The position numbers and the translations under genes are program-made. A stretch of 39,824 bases of DNA, taken from positions 1 through 39,824 of the forward strand of contig JAOAAG010000237.1 of NCBI GenBank assembly GCA_026418995.1, in the 5' to 3' direction. Under the pieces are notes generated by a model. That model was not told where the DNA came from and ran no database searches. It worked only from the letters and a program-made list of their open reading frames with translations. This DNA comes from Anaerolineae bacterium. Lineage in GTDB: Bacteria; Chloroflexota; Anaerolineae; B4-G1. Position 1 is the stretch's first letter. Every line of letters starts with the position of its first letter. Positions 27,914 to 37,326 of the stretch are shown here, piece by piece.

Positions 27914-28288
27914 CTACCCCTGGCTCTTTGTCTCCGAGCGACGGACCAGGGCAGCTATGGGTGGCGGGACTTCGCCGGAATTTAAATAAGCACGCACTTC
28001 CTCCCGCGCTTGCTCGAACATACGTATCAGTTCCGTATCCTGCCCCTTGAACCCGGCTATGGAGCGGGATGCACAAGTGCAACAGCCTAACGAAGCACGG
28101 TAGCTGTCCAGGTCGCAGGTCAGACAGCTCCCGAGGTTGATCATCATCAGCGAAAAACCCAGCACATCCTCGTGGCCGTCCTCGAGAGAAGCAATGTAAT
28201 CAACCAGCTCTGCCCATTTAGGGCCACGCAGGTTGCGTAATTGAGCAATGCAGCGTGATGGGAACAGAATTTCACTGTCAGGATACAT
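27914..28288 (-). CDS. Small Cys-rich hypothetical protein
   Basis: 124-aa ORF with CLTC and GCCTC motifs, co-oriented with the downstream genes. Confidence 0.7.
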   Translation of the reverse strand: MYPDSEILFPSRCIAQLRNLRGPKWAELVDYIASLEDGHEDVLGFSLMMINLGSCLTCDLDSYRASLGCCTCASRSIAGFKGQDTELIRMFEQAREEVRAYLNSGEVPPPIAALVRRSETKSQG

Positions 28289-28441
28289 TGTACCAGGCCA
28301 TCCTCAGGAATCAGATAGCTTTAATGATAACACAAAAGACAACAATTTCAAGGGGTGTCGCTGGGATAATTCAAATTCCGGGAACAACGGGAGGCCTATG
28401 CGGTTACACCGTACTGAGCGGCATGGGAGTCCTGGTGAAAC

Positions 28442-28498
28442 ACCGCGCAGAGCACGAAATCTCTCAAGTACCCTGGCGCCCTTTGCGCTCTGTGCGGT
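28442..28498. repeat. Divergent family A repeat
   Basis: ACCGCGCAGAGCACGAAA...CTTTGCGCTCTGTGCGGT. Confidence 0.55.
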
Positions 28499-28537
28499 TT
28501 TTAAGTGTAAACTATTGTGTGAACCACCGGAATACGC

Positions 28538-28575
28538 AAAAGAAACCGCCGAACCCTAACGGGGCTCGGCGGTTT
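28538..28575 (-). terminator. Intrinsic terminator after aor
   Basis: AAACCGCCGAGCCC/GGGTTCGGCGGTTT stem followed by CTTTT on the minus strand. Confidence 0.8.
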
Positions 28576-28597
28576 GGTGCTCAGGTCAAGAACCCTA

Positions 28598-30337
28598 TCA
28601 CCAGAAGACCGCGTCCAACGTCTCGTCGGGCACGTCCCAGACGACGTTGTGCGGCGGGAGCGGCTCATATTTCATGAATTCCGGCACCCGGTCATGCGCC
28701 TTGGTGAAGCCCGCCGCGCGGTTGAAGGCCAGCTCTTTGTCAATAATCTCCTTGCCGATACGGGCCGCATCCTCCGTCCTCCAGTCTGTGCCCAGGACAC
28801 CCGCACACTCCTCCATCAACCCCTCGAAGCCACTGGGGATATCCAGGATAGCAAAGGCGATGAACAGGCAGTGACCGGAGGAGTCAATGAAAGCAGTGGT
28901 GTACTGGAAACCACGGGAGAGGTCCGCCTTATCGGTGGCGAACTGATCCACCTTACCGCTAACGCCCAGAATCTCCGGGGCAATGGTGTAGCCGGCGGTG
29001 TGATCGGCACCCATCGTGGAGGTAGCATATGTGATGCCAATGCCCTTGACGGCACGCGGCTCATAAGCGGGCATGTTCTGGCCCTTGCACGCGGGGACAC
29101 GATGCCAGCCGAAGGCCCGGCCGGTGAAAGCAGCGCCGTTGCCGATGATACGGCCCAGCGGTGTGCCCTTACGGACCTCCTCATCCAGCAGCTTGATGGC
29201 CCCCTGCCAATCACCGAAGGGCATCAGACCCGCATCCATCGCCACTGCGATGGTTCCGCCGGTCTCGATGGTGTCGAGGCCGAGATCGTTGCACAGCCAG
29301 ATCAGCTTGCCAATGGCCTCCAGGTTATCAATGCCGCAGTTGGCTCCCAGCGCCCAGGTGGATTCGTACTCAATGCAGGAGACGATCTCATTCCCCTGCT
29401 CATCGTAGTACGTGTTAGAGCACTGGATGGTACAGCCGGGATGGCAGGCGTGGTTGTAGAGTTCCTTGCCCAGGCGTGCCTTGTTATTCTCGAAAATGGC
29501 CTCGCCGGAGGTCGCTGCCGCGCCCTCAAAACGGCCCTCGCGGAAGTTACGGGTAGGATAACCGCCAGCCTCGTTGAGGATATTGACCAGCACCGCGGTA
29601 CCATAGGTATTCAGGCCGCCCTTGGGCTTGGTGATATCGTGCTGGCGCAGCGCTTCCAGCATCTTCTTGCGCCCCTGGTCAAAGAGCTCGGGGTTGGCGA
29701 TCTCCACGCCTGGCCCTCCCTCGGCATTCACCACCATCAGCTTGAGGCCCTTGGAGCCCATCACAGCACCCAGCCCACCACGACCGGAGTAGCGGCTAGG
29801 CCGACCATGGGCGTCGTTAAAGCACACGCCCGCCATCGCCATACGCATCTCGCCGGCCACACCAATGGAGCAGATATCCGCTTTCTTACCGAAGCGCTCG
29901 AAGAGCAGCGGGTAAACCTCGTAGAGGCTCCGCCCAACGTACTCGTCGGCAGGGAAGAAGGTGGCCCCATCCTTCGTGATATGCAGCCCCCACCAGCCAC
30001 CATCTTTGGGATAGCCCTCTACGATGATCGCCTTGATCCCCAACCTCGCCACCGACTGCGGCCACCCAGAGCCAGCATTGGACTCCTTGATCCCTCCGGT
30101 GAGGGGGGACTTGCCACCCACCGAGACACGGCCAGAGGTGGGCGCATTGGTGCCGGTGATAATGCCCGGAGCGAAAACGAGCTTGTTGTTGGGGCCCAGA
30201 GGGTGGCATAATGGATCCACCTCATCGCAGACCACGGTAGACGTGAGACCACGACCACCAAGCAGACGGTACTTTTCGGGGACATCTTCGTAGGAGATAG
30301 TGCGGTCGGTCATGTTGACGCGCATTATCTTGGGCAT
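28598..30337 (-). CDS. aor: Tungsten-family aldehyde:ferredoxin oxidoreductase
   Basis: KSPLTGGIKESN, GRGGLGAVMGSKGLK, CxxGCxIxC, EYES, DxxGLDTI, GADH motifs; GGGAGG RBS before ATG 30337. Confidence 0.93.
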   Translation of the reverse strand: MPKIMRVNMTDRTISYEDVPEKYRLLGGRGLTSTVVCDEVDPLCHPLGPNNKLVFAPGIITGTNAPTSGRVSVGGKSPLTGGIKESNAGSGWPQSVARLGIKAIIVEGYPKDGGWWGLHITKDGATFFPADEYVGRSLYEVYPLLFERFGKKADICSIGVAGEMRMAMAGVCFNDAHGRPSRYSGRGGLGAVMGSKGLKLMVVNAEGGPGVEIANPELFDQGRKKMLEALRQHDITKPKGGLNTYGTAVLVNILNEAGGYPTRNFREGRFEGAAATSGEAIFENNKARLGKELYNHACHPGCTIQCSNTYYDEQGNEIVSCIEYESTWALGANCGIDNLEAIGKLIWLCNDLGLDTIETGGTIAVAMDAGLMPFGDWQGAIKLLDEEVRKGTPLGRIIGNGAAFTGRAFGWHRVPACKGQNMPAYEPRAVKGIGITYATSTMGADHTAGYTIAPEILGVSGKVDQFATDKADLSRGFQYTTAFIDSSGHCLFIAFAILDIPSGFEGLMEECAGVLGTDWRTEDAARIGKEIIDKELAFNRAAGFTKAHDRVPEFMKYEPLPPHNVVWDVPDETLDAVFW

Positions 30338-30383
30338 GGTACACCTCCCTTTACTGAAACTAGTTGGTACGGTCGGGTGGATA

Positions 30384-30434
30384 CAAAATAAAAAGAGCCA
30401 CCTCTGGCCGGGACAACGCCCCGAACCAGCAAGT
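30384..30434 (-). terminator. Terminator-like expression platform between the riboswitch and aor
   Basis: CTGGTTCGGG..CCCGGCCAG stem followed by CTCTTTTTATTTT. Confidence 0.5.
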
Positions 30435-30435
30435 G

Positions 30436-30521
30436 CCTCCTTTGCAAACACGGCGGGCATAGAGATTGCTCTCTATACCTTATCGCTCATCTGTCCCGGT
30501 GGGAGCATGATGAGTCGGAGG
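30436..30521 (-). ncRNA. Moco/Tuco (molybdenum/tungsten cofactor) riboswitch-like RNA
   Basis: Minus strand CCTCCGA ... GGTATAGAGA-GCAA-TCTCTATGCC (GNRA hairpin) ... CGCCGTGTTTGCAAAGGAGG matches the recalled CUCCGA...GCCUCCCG..UUUGGAAAGGAG pattern; lies upstream of aor. Confidence 0.75.
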
Positions 30522-30573
30522 GAAGGTATGGGGTTTTTCAACAAGAGTCGGAGGTTTACAAGTACGCAATTAT

Positions 30574-30602
30574 AATATATGCCAGAATCTCCCGCTTGTC
30601 AA
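30574..30602 (-). promoter_or_regulatory. Putative aor promoter
   Basis: TTGACA-N17-TATATT. Confidence 0.6.
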
Positions 30603-30625
30603 GTGCTGGAGAGTGCTGACGCTAT

Positions 30626-30654
30626 TTGACTTTATCCGACCGTAGAGGTAAAAT
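30626..30654 (+). promoter_or_regulatory. Putative hppA promoter, divergent from aor
   Basis: TTGACT-N17-TAAAAT. Confidence 0.65.
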
Positions 30655-30685
30655 CTTACCTACCCAAGCCCCTGAGGAAAAGTAT

Positions 30686-32815
30686 ATGGACTCGGCACGC
30701 TTCGTTGAGCCACTCATCCCCCTGGCCTCACTCCTGGCTCTGGGGAGCCTGGTGGCTTTTTACTTCTGGCTGCGCAGGCAGGATGCTGGCACAGCACGTA
30801 TGCGCGAAGTGGCGGAGTCCATCCAGATAGGAGCCAACGCCTTTCTCCGCCGGGAGCTGATCTCCATCACCCCGTTTGTGCTCCTGGTGGCCCTGCTCCT
30901 CCTCATCGTGATGCCCGGCGAGAGCAACTGGGAGGTGGCGGGGGGCTTTGTTGTTGGCTCTGTCCTCTCGATGCTCGCTGTTTACCTGGGGATGAATGCT
31001 GCGGTGCACGTTAACGTGCGCACGGCGGCTGCCGCCCGCTCTTCGGCGGCCCGTGCTCTGATGGTCGCTTTCCGGGGCGGAGGCATCATGGGCCTCTCGA
31101 TCACCGGCCTGACACTGCTGGGCCTCTACGGGCTGAGCCTTCTCTTCGGCGTCTCCCCGGCCACTCCAGGCCACGTGCACCTGCTGGTCGGGTTCGGCTT
31201 CGGGGCCAGTTTCTCCGCCCTGTTTGCTCAGTTAGGCGGCGGTATCTTCACCAAAGGGGCAGACATCGCTGCTGATCTGGTCGGCAAGATAGAGCAGGGC
31301 ATCCCGGAGGACGACCCCCGCAACGCGGCCGTTATCGCCGACCAGGTAGGGGATAACGTGGGAGACGTGGCTGGCCGCGGCGCCGACCTCTTCGAGTCCG
31401 GCGCCGACATCCTGATCGGTGCCATGATTGTGGGACTGGCTTTCACACCCCGATATGGGTGGGCGGCGGTGCTCTTCCCGCTGCTGAGTGAGGCGGTCGG
31501 AGCTATCGGTGCTGTGCTTGGTGTGCTGGCAGTGCGCGGCTCGGAGAGGCGCAGCCCGCTGTTCAGTATGAATGTGGGCTTTCTCGCCACCGGTGCTTTC
31601 TGCCTGCTTTCCTATTACCTGTTGGCTACCTGCGTGATGCGCGACGTGCGCATCTTCTACTGCCTGGTACTGGGACTGCTCACTGCCCTCGCCGTGACGC
31701 TGCTGGTGCAGTACTACACCGGCATCACCCTGCGGCCGGTGCGGGAGATCGCGCGGGGTGGGATGCGGGGCGTGGCTACTAACCTCATCTATGGCTTCGC
31801 CTGGGGGATGGAGAGCGCCGTAGCCCTCAAAATCCTGGTGGCCGTGGTCAATGTGATCGCCTTTTACCTGATGGGCGGGGGACTGGCTGGCGTGCTCGGC
31901 ATCACAGCGGCAACACTGGGCATCCTGGTGATGAAGGGCATCATTATGGCGGCGGACGCCTTCGGGCCCATCGCTGACAATGCCAGCGGCATTGCCGAGA
32001 TGGCCGGGCTGGGGCCGCAGGTGCGTCACGCGGGCGATGCGCTTGACGCCGCCGGCAACATCACCAAGGCCATCACCAAGGGCTACAGCATGTCCGCCGC
32101 CCTGATGAGCAGCGTGGTGATACTCTTCGCCTATCTGCTCAGCGCGGCGCAATTGGCCGGCGTGTCTGGCGAACATCTGAGCAGCTTCGTCACCTTTGGT
32201 GGCGCGGACCCGGAGGGAATGGTGCTGCGCCTCCTGCGCAGCCTGAACCTGGCCCATCCGCTCAACATCGCTGCGCTGATGATCGGCTCCACCATTCCGT
32301 TCCTGTTCACCTCGCAGGCGATGAAGGCGGTGGGACGCACCGCATATCGCATGGTCGAGGAAGTGCGCCGCCAGTTCCGTGAGATACCTGGTCTTCTGGC
32401 TGGTCGAGTGCCGCCGGAGTACTCAACGTGCGTGGACATCGGGACGGCACATGCGCTGCGGGAGATGATTCTGCCGACGCTTGTCGGCGTGGCGTTTCCC
32501 GTTGCCGTCGGTTTTCTGATGGGACCGTGGGCGCTGGCGTTCTACCTGATCGGTGTCAAAGTCGTCGGCGCCACGCTGGCGATTTTTATGTTCAATGCCG
32601 GCGGTGCCTGGGATAACGCCAAGAAATACGTCGAGGAGGGCAACTTCGGGGGCATCGGGTCGGAGGCGCATCAGGCTGGGATCATCGGTGACACGTTCGG
32701 CGACCCGCTCAAAGACACTGCTGGTCCCTCGCTCCATATACTTATCAAGCTGCAGAACATCCTGGGCATCACGCTCCTCCCATTGTTCTATGCTCTGGGG
32801 TTGAAATGGGACTGA
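30686..32815 (+). CDS. hppA: Membrane-bound pyrophosphatase, K+-independent H+-PPase type
   Basis: GGGIFTK.AD..ADLVGK.E..IPEDDPRN, GDNVGD, GGAWDNAKK and GDPLKDTAGP motifs. GNITKA has Lys at the K+-independence determinant. Confidence 0.93.
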   Translation: MDSARFVEPLIPLASLLALGSLVAFYFWLRRQDAGTARMREVAESIQIGANAFLRRELISITPFVLLVALLLLIVMPGESNWEVAGGFVVGSVLSMLAVYLGMNAAVHVNVRTAAAARSSAARALMVAFRGGGIMGLSITGLTLLGLYGLSLLFGVSPATPGHVHLLVGFGFGASFSALFAQLGGGIFTKGADIAADLVGKIEQGIPEDDPRNAAVIADQVGDNVGDVAGRGADLFESGADILIGAMIVGLAFTPRYGWAAVLFPLLSEAVGAIGAVLGVLAVRGSERRSPLFSMNVGFLATGAFCLLSYYLLATCVMRDVRIFYCLVLGLLTALAVTLLVQYYTGITLRPVREIARGGMRGVATNLIYGFAWGMESAVALKILVAVVNVIAFYLMGGGLAGVLGITAATLGILVMKGIIMAADAFGPIADNASGIAEMAGLGPQVRHAGDALDAAGNITKAITKGYSMSAALMSSVVILFAYLLSAAQLAGVSGEHLSSFVTFGGADPEGMVLRLLRSLNLAHPLNIAALMIGSTIPFLFTSQAMKAVGRTAYRMVEEVRRQFREIPGLLAGRVPPEYSTCVDIGTAHALREMILPTLVGVAFPVAVGFLMGPWALAFYLIGVKVVGATLAIFMFNAGGAWDNAKKYVEEGNFGGIGSEAHQAGIIGDTFGDPLKDTAGPSLHILIKLQNILGITLLPLFYALGLKWD

Positions 32816-34617
32816 TCGAATCCGATCGGCGCTTGCTGGAGATATACAGCGAACTCGACCGGGACCGGTTGATGGAGCTGGTCGTCAATTACGCACGCGA
32901 CCGGCTCGACGCCGGGGGATCGTCCATTTTCCTGCGGGATGACATCACCGGCCGCTATGTGCTGCGCGGCACCACCGGCCTGCTAGAACAGGCAGAGATG
33001 GAATCGGCTGGCAGGATAGAGTATGAACCCGGCGAAGGGCTGACCGGCTGGATCGCCAAGCACGGCCGCCCCCTGCGCATCTCCAACGTCAAGGATACCG
33101 AGGAACTGCGACGCATCGCCGACGACCTGGTATGGAGCAAGAAGTACTCGGAGATCAGCGCTAAGCCCGGTCGGGCCTATATCGGGGTGCCGATCCTTTC
33201 CAGGGATGGCAAAAGCGTGATCGGCGTGCTGAGGGTCTCCGGCAAGGCAGAGGGCAGCCAGTTTAATGAACAGGATGAAGCACTGCTGGTCAATGTGGCA
33301 GCGCTGGTGAGCATTGCCATCGAAAACTCACAGCGCTACGAGCAGGAAAAGCGGCGCGCACGTTACTTCGAGCTGTTACTGGACATCAGCAGCGAGCTGG
33401 ACCCGCGCCGCTCCATCACCGAGATGCTCGGTGTGGTCGCCGACCGGGTGCGCCGGGGCTTCCGTACCGAGGCCTGTCTCATTTATTTGCAAACCGAGGA
33501 TGATGTCCATCGCGTCGCCCTGAGGGCAGCCAGTGGACCGCCCGAGACGCTGCTGGGCAAGCTCAGATATGTGGCGGGGGAAGGGTTGACCGGCCACATC
33601 ATCCTTACCGGCGAGACGCTTCAGGCACGCGCGCCATCCGACCTGCAGAGATGGAACGATCCTCACATCGCGAAGATCGCAGCCTATCTGCCGTCCGGCC
33701 TCTACCGCTCCTACGTCGGCGTGCCCCTGCGGCTGGGTAACGAGGTGCTGGGGACGCTGGAGCTGGTCAACAAAATTCCCAGCCGTCCAGGCCACCGAGA
33801 CTGGTTCACTGACGATGACGAAAGGTATCTGCGCCTGCTTGCCACGGCCATCTGTGGGGTGCTGGAAGGGGCGCGTTACCTGAAGGCACTCGGCGAGGTC
33901 AGCGTGACCACGATGCGCATGCAGCGTATCGCCTCCTTTGGCACGCTCGCCCAGCGCATTCTCCACGAGACCGCCAACCCGCTGGCTGTGGCACGCCTGG
34001 CCGCGGCCAACCTGAACGCGAACCTTCAGGAGTGCCTGGCGGGCGGCTCCCCTCAGCAGCAGGCCCAGGTGCGGCGACGGCTGGACGTGATCCAGACGAG
34101 CCTGAACCAGGTGAGCGACCAATTGTTGGAACTGGTCAAGTGCTCGCAACATGTGGGCTTCACCCGTACCGCGGTTAACTGGAAGCAGATGGTACGGGAG
34201 GTGCTGATCTGGCTGGCCGCCGAGCGCCAGCGGCGCAAGGTAGAGGTGCACACCTTCCATGGAGAAATCCCTCCGCTGCTCATCGAACCTAACGAGATGT
34301 TCGGCGTCCTGGTGACCGGGCTACGGATGGTGATGGAGACGCTGGACGAGCAAGGGGGGCTGATTGAAGTACGTACCTTCGTATCTTCCGATGGTAAACG
34401 GGCTTGCACTCGCATTTGTGCCCCCGTAGCCCCCTATGCAGAGCGCATCCTGGCTGCCACTACCACAGAAGCCGGGGCCTCGGAGAAGCTCTCACCGTTT
34501 TACTTCGAGTGGGGGTTGGCCCAGGAAACGGTGGAGAAACAGTATGGAGGGACATTGGCCTGGCATATTACCGGGCAGACGGTCTGCTTGATGCTGGAGC
34601 TGCCGTTGCAGCCATAG
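32806..34617 (+). CDS. Tandem-GAF sensor with HisKA-like domain and degenerate ATPase domain (pseudo-histidine kinase)
   Basis: Two GAF domains (GEGLTG, GVP, LELVNK..FT..DE); H-box HETANPL; no N, G1 or G2 boxes. Confidence 0.8.
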   Translation: MGLIESDRRLLEIYSELDRDRLMELVVNYARDRLDAGGSSIFLRDDITGRYVLRGTTGLLEQAEMESAGRIEYEPGEGLTGWIAKHGRPLRISNVKDTEELRRIADDLVWSKKYSEISAKPGRAYIGVPILSRDGKSVIGVLRVSGKAEGSQFNEQDEALLVNVAALVSIAIENSQRYEQEKRRARYFELLLDISSELDPRRSITEMLGVVADRVRRGFRTEACLIYLQTEDDVHRVALRAASGPPETLLGKLRYVAGEGLTGHIILTGETLQARAPSDLQRWNDPHIAKIAAYLPSGLYRSYVGVPLRLGNEVLGTLELVNKIPSRPGHRDWFTDDDERYLRLLATAICGVLEGARYLKALGEVSVTTMRMQRIASFGTLAQRILHETANPLAVARLAAANLNANLQECLAGGSPQQQAQVRRRLDVIQTSLNQVSDQLLELVKCSQHVGFTRTAVNWKQMVREVLIWLAAERQRRKVEVHTFHGEIPPLLIEPNEMFGVLVTGLRMVMETLDEQGGLIEVRTFVSSDGKRACTRICAPVAPYAERILAATTTEAGASEKLSPFYFEWGLAQETVEKQYGGTLAWHITGQTVCLMLELPLQP

Positions 34618-34626
34618 GGTGGTACT

Positions 34627-35751
34627 ATGGAAGAGAAGACGATCCTGGCCGTAGACGACGAACCGTTTTTCCGCGAGGAGATCGTTGCTTTCCTGAGCGC
34701 CCCGGAGTTTGCCGCGCGCGGGTGGAAGGTGGAAGCCGCCGCCAGCGGTGAGGAAGCGCTGGCCCGGCTTCAGGAAACCTCCTTCGACGTGATGCTGCTC
34801 GATATTAACATGCCCGGGCTGGACGGCATGGAAGTGCTCAGACTGATGCAGGAGCGGCACCTGCTGGAGCAAACCTATGTCATTATGCTCAGCGCCTATG
34901 GCGTGTACGAGAACGTAGTGGCAGCTATGCGTGGCGGGGCCAAGGACTTCGTCAACAAGTCCGAACCGCTGGATCAATGGGTGGTGCGCATTGAACGCGG
35001 GTTTGAATGGCAGGAGCTGCGCCGCCGTAAGCAGGAAGTTGAAGAGGAGCTCCGTCTCCTGGCCCGCGAGGTGGGCCACGACATAGGGGGGTCCACTTTC
35101 TTCGTGCTGACCCAGCGGGTCCAGGCACTGGCACGCAAGGTAGCCGGAGACCCGGAGGCTGAACGTTCCATAGAAGTCATCCAGCAGATTCTGGGCCGCA
35201 TCAAGCGCCTTGCCGACGACCTGGGCCATGTAGCGATCGCGCTGGATAGCAGCGAGGTCTGGCGCTGGGAGCCGCTTGACCTGCACCGTTTGCTGGAGAG
35301 GCTGTTGCAGGAATTCTCTTACGGTAATCCCAATGTCACGATCGTGCGCGAGTGGGGCGAAAATATCCCTCCACTGACCGGCAGCCGTGCGCAATTGGAG
35401 CGAGCATTCCACAACCTGCTGACCAATGCTGGCCGTGCTATGCCGGATGGGGGAACGCTAACGCTGCGCACGCAGTATAGCGCTTCCCTGGACGAAGGGG
35501 GGGCCAGGACCGGATGGGTACGTACTGAAATCCAGGACACTGGCGTGGGCATTCCCCCTGCTACGCTCCAGAAAATCTTTCGCATCGGCTTTTCCGATTG
35601 GAGGAACGGTGTTAAAGGGAGTGGGCTGGGACTCTATGTCGCCCGTCGCAACATCGAGAACCACGGCGGGCGCATCGAGATAAGCAGCACCGTTGGCGAG
35701 GGGACCACCGTCACGGTGTACTTACCTGTATCAGCGAAACCACGTTCCTGA
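34627..35751 (+). CDS. Hybrid response regulator-histidine kinase
   Basis: REC (VDDE, DINMPG, K); HDI H-box; NLLTNA, DTGVGI and GSGLGL boxes. Confidence 0.92.
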   Translation: MEEKTILAVDDEPFFREEIVAFLSAPEFAARGWKVEAAASGEEALARLQETSFDVMLLDINMPGLDGMEVLRLMQERHLLEQTYVIMLSAYGVYENVVAAMRGGAKDFVNKSEPLDQWVVRIERGFEWQELRRRKQEVEEELRLLAREVGHDIGGSTFFVLTQRVQALARKVAGDPEAERSIEVIQQILGRIKRLADDLGHVAIALDSSEVWRWEPLDLHRLLERLLQEFSYGNPNVTIVREWGENIPPLTGSRAQLERAFHNLLTNAGRAMPDGGTLTLRTQYSASLDEGGARTGWVRTEIQDTGVGIPPATLQKIFRIGFSDWRNGVKGSGLGLYVARRNIENHGGRIEISSTVGEGTTVTVYLPVSAKPRS

Positions 35752-35881
35752 TGGCCTGTCACCTTCCCGCAGGCAGGAACGCAATGCGAAGATGCCTCAT
35801 CATACATCGCGCACTCTGATTTGCGGCAGCTTTTTGACCTGCGGGAAGACAGGTTGAATATTATCAATCGAGGAGGTGTAA

Positions 35882-36514
35882 ATGTCGGCTAAAATATTGG
35901 TGATGGATGATGACCTGCTTGCGCTTGAGAGCCTGGAGAATTACCTTAAGCAGGCCGGGTACGAGGTGATCGCGGCCAGCAGTGCACGCGAGGCCGTGGA
36001 CAAAGCGCGGGGGACCAAATGCGATGTGGCCCTGCTGGATATGAAGATGCCCGAAATGGACGGCTTCCAGGTGGCAGCAATACTGCGCCAGTTCCAGCCG
36101 GAGTTGCGGGTAATCATCTTCACCGGCTACGCCTCGCTGGAAACAGAGGCCCGCGCTGCTCAACTCGATTTCTATGAGTACCTGCCCAAGTCCAACTGGT
36201 ATGATCTGCTGCTCCCCACAATCGAGCGCGTGCTAAAAGAGCCGGAGCCGCGTCTCCCCAAGCAGCGCCCAGTGGACCTGGAAAAGGCCGCTGCCCAGTA
36301 CGTGGAAGAAGGCAAGTGGGAAATGGCCGCGATGGCGCTGGAACAGGCTGCCCGTATCGCCGAGTTCACCCACGAATGGGAGAACGCCGCCAGGCTCTAT
36401 ACCCAGTCCTTCGAGTACATGAAGCGCGCCCGGGGGCTTTCTGTCGAAGCACAGCGGCTGCGCGAACTCGCCGAGTGCGCCTACCGCATCGCATCGGAGG
36501 GCGGTGTAGATTAG
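35882..36514 (+). CDS. Response regulator with helical TPR-like C-terminus
   Basis: MDDD, DMKMPEMDG, FTGY, K; Ala-rich helical tail; GAGGAGG RBS. Confidence 0.88.
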   Translation: MSAKILVMDDDLLALESLENYLKQAGYEVIAASSAREAVDKARGTKCDVALLDMKMPEMDGFQVAAILRQFQPELRVIIFTGYASLETEARAAQLDFYEYLPKSNWYDLLLPTIERVLKEPEPRLPKQRPVDLEKAAAQYVEEGKWEMAAMALEQAARIAEFTHEWENAARLYTQSFEYMKRARGLSVEAQRLRELAECAYRIASEGGVD

Positions 36515-36523
36515 CCTGTTCCC

Positions 36524-36590
36524 AACCGCAAAGGACGCGAAGAGCGCAAAGGATGACACACCCCTTCGCGCTTCTGGCGTTCTTTGCGGT
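36524..36590. repeat. Family A palindromic repeat
   Basis: AACCGCAAAGGACGCGAAGAGCGCAAAG...CTTCGCG..GCGTTCTTTGCGGT. Confidence 0.8.
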
Positions 36591-36613
36591 ATCCCATTCG
36601 CCATCGTTGAACC

Positions 36614-37315
36614 ATGACCGAAACTATCTTCATCACAGGAGCCGACAAAGGCCTGGGCTTCTCACTCGCGGAAAAGTTCCTGAGCGAGGGCTACCACGTC
36701 TTCGCTGGCCAGTATATCACCAGAGAACGGCTACAATTGCTGGTAGAGCGCTTTCCGCAGACGTTGACGATAGTACCACTGGATGTCTCAGATGAAGCGT
36801 CCGTCAGCCAGGCTGCACGCACCGTTGCCGGACTCACGGACGCTCTGGATGTCCTGATCAACAATGCCGCCGTCTACCTGGAAGGCGCTCGCCCCGTGCT
36901 GGAAGACGACACCGGTGCCCACTGGCTGCGCACACTGGACGTGAACGCCCTGGGCCCGCTGCGGGTGACCCGTCGTTTCCTCCCACTGCTGGAAAGAGGT
37001 CGCCGTAAGCTCATCGTCAACATTTCCTCCGAGGCCGGGAGCATCGCCGACTGCTGGCGCGATCGTGAGTATGCTTACTGTATGTCCAAGGCCGCACTCA
37101 ACATGCAGTCGAGAATCCTGCATAACTATCTCACCCCCAGGGGCTTCACAGTGCTGGCTGTGCATCCCGGCTGGATGCGCACCGATATGGGTGGGCCGGA
37201 TGCCGACCTGGACCCAGCCGAGTCCGCAGCCGGTATCTTCGCGCTGGTGACGCGAGACTGGTCGCCAGATGACCCGATCTACGTAGATTACCAGGGCAGG
37301 CCGATGCGCTGGTAG
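36614..37315 (+). CDS. Short-chain dehydrogenase/reductase (CsgA/C-factor-like)
   Basis: TGADKGLG, NNAA, YCMSK and HPGWMRTDMGG motifs. Confidence 0.92.
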   Translation: MTETIFITGADKGLGFSLAEKFLSEGYHVFAGQYITRERLQLLVERFPQTLTIVPLDVSDEASVSQAARTVAGLTDALDVLINNAAVYLEGARPVLEDDTGAHWLRTLDVNALGPLRVTRRFLPLLERGRRKLIVNISSEAGSIADCWRDREYAYCMSKAALNMQSRILHNYLTPRGFTVLAVHPGWMRTDMGGPDADLDPAESAAGIFALVTRDWSPDDPIYVDYQGRPMRW

Positions 37316-37326
37316 AGAGAGGCACT

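Noticed and set aside
28574-30211. 545-aa plus-strand ORF
   Set aside because: Antisense shadow of aor.
30338-30460. N-terminal extension of aor in the ORF track
   Set aside because: It runs through the riboswitch and terminator. A strong RBS precedes ATG 30337.
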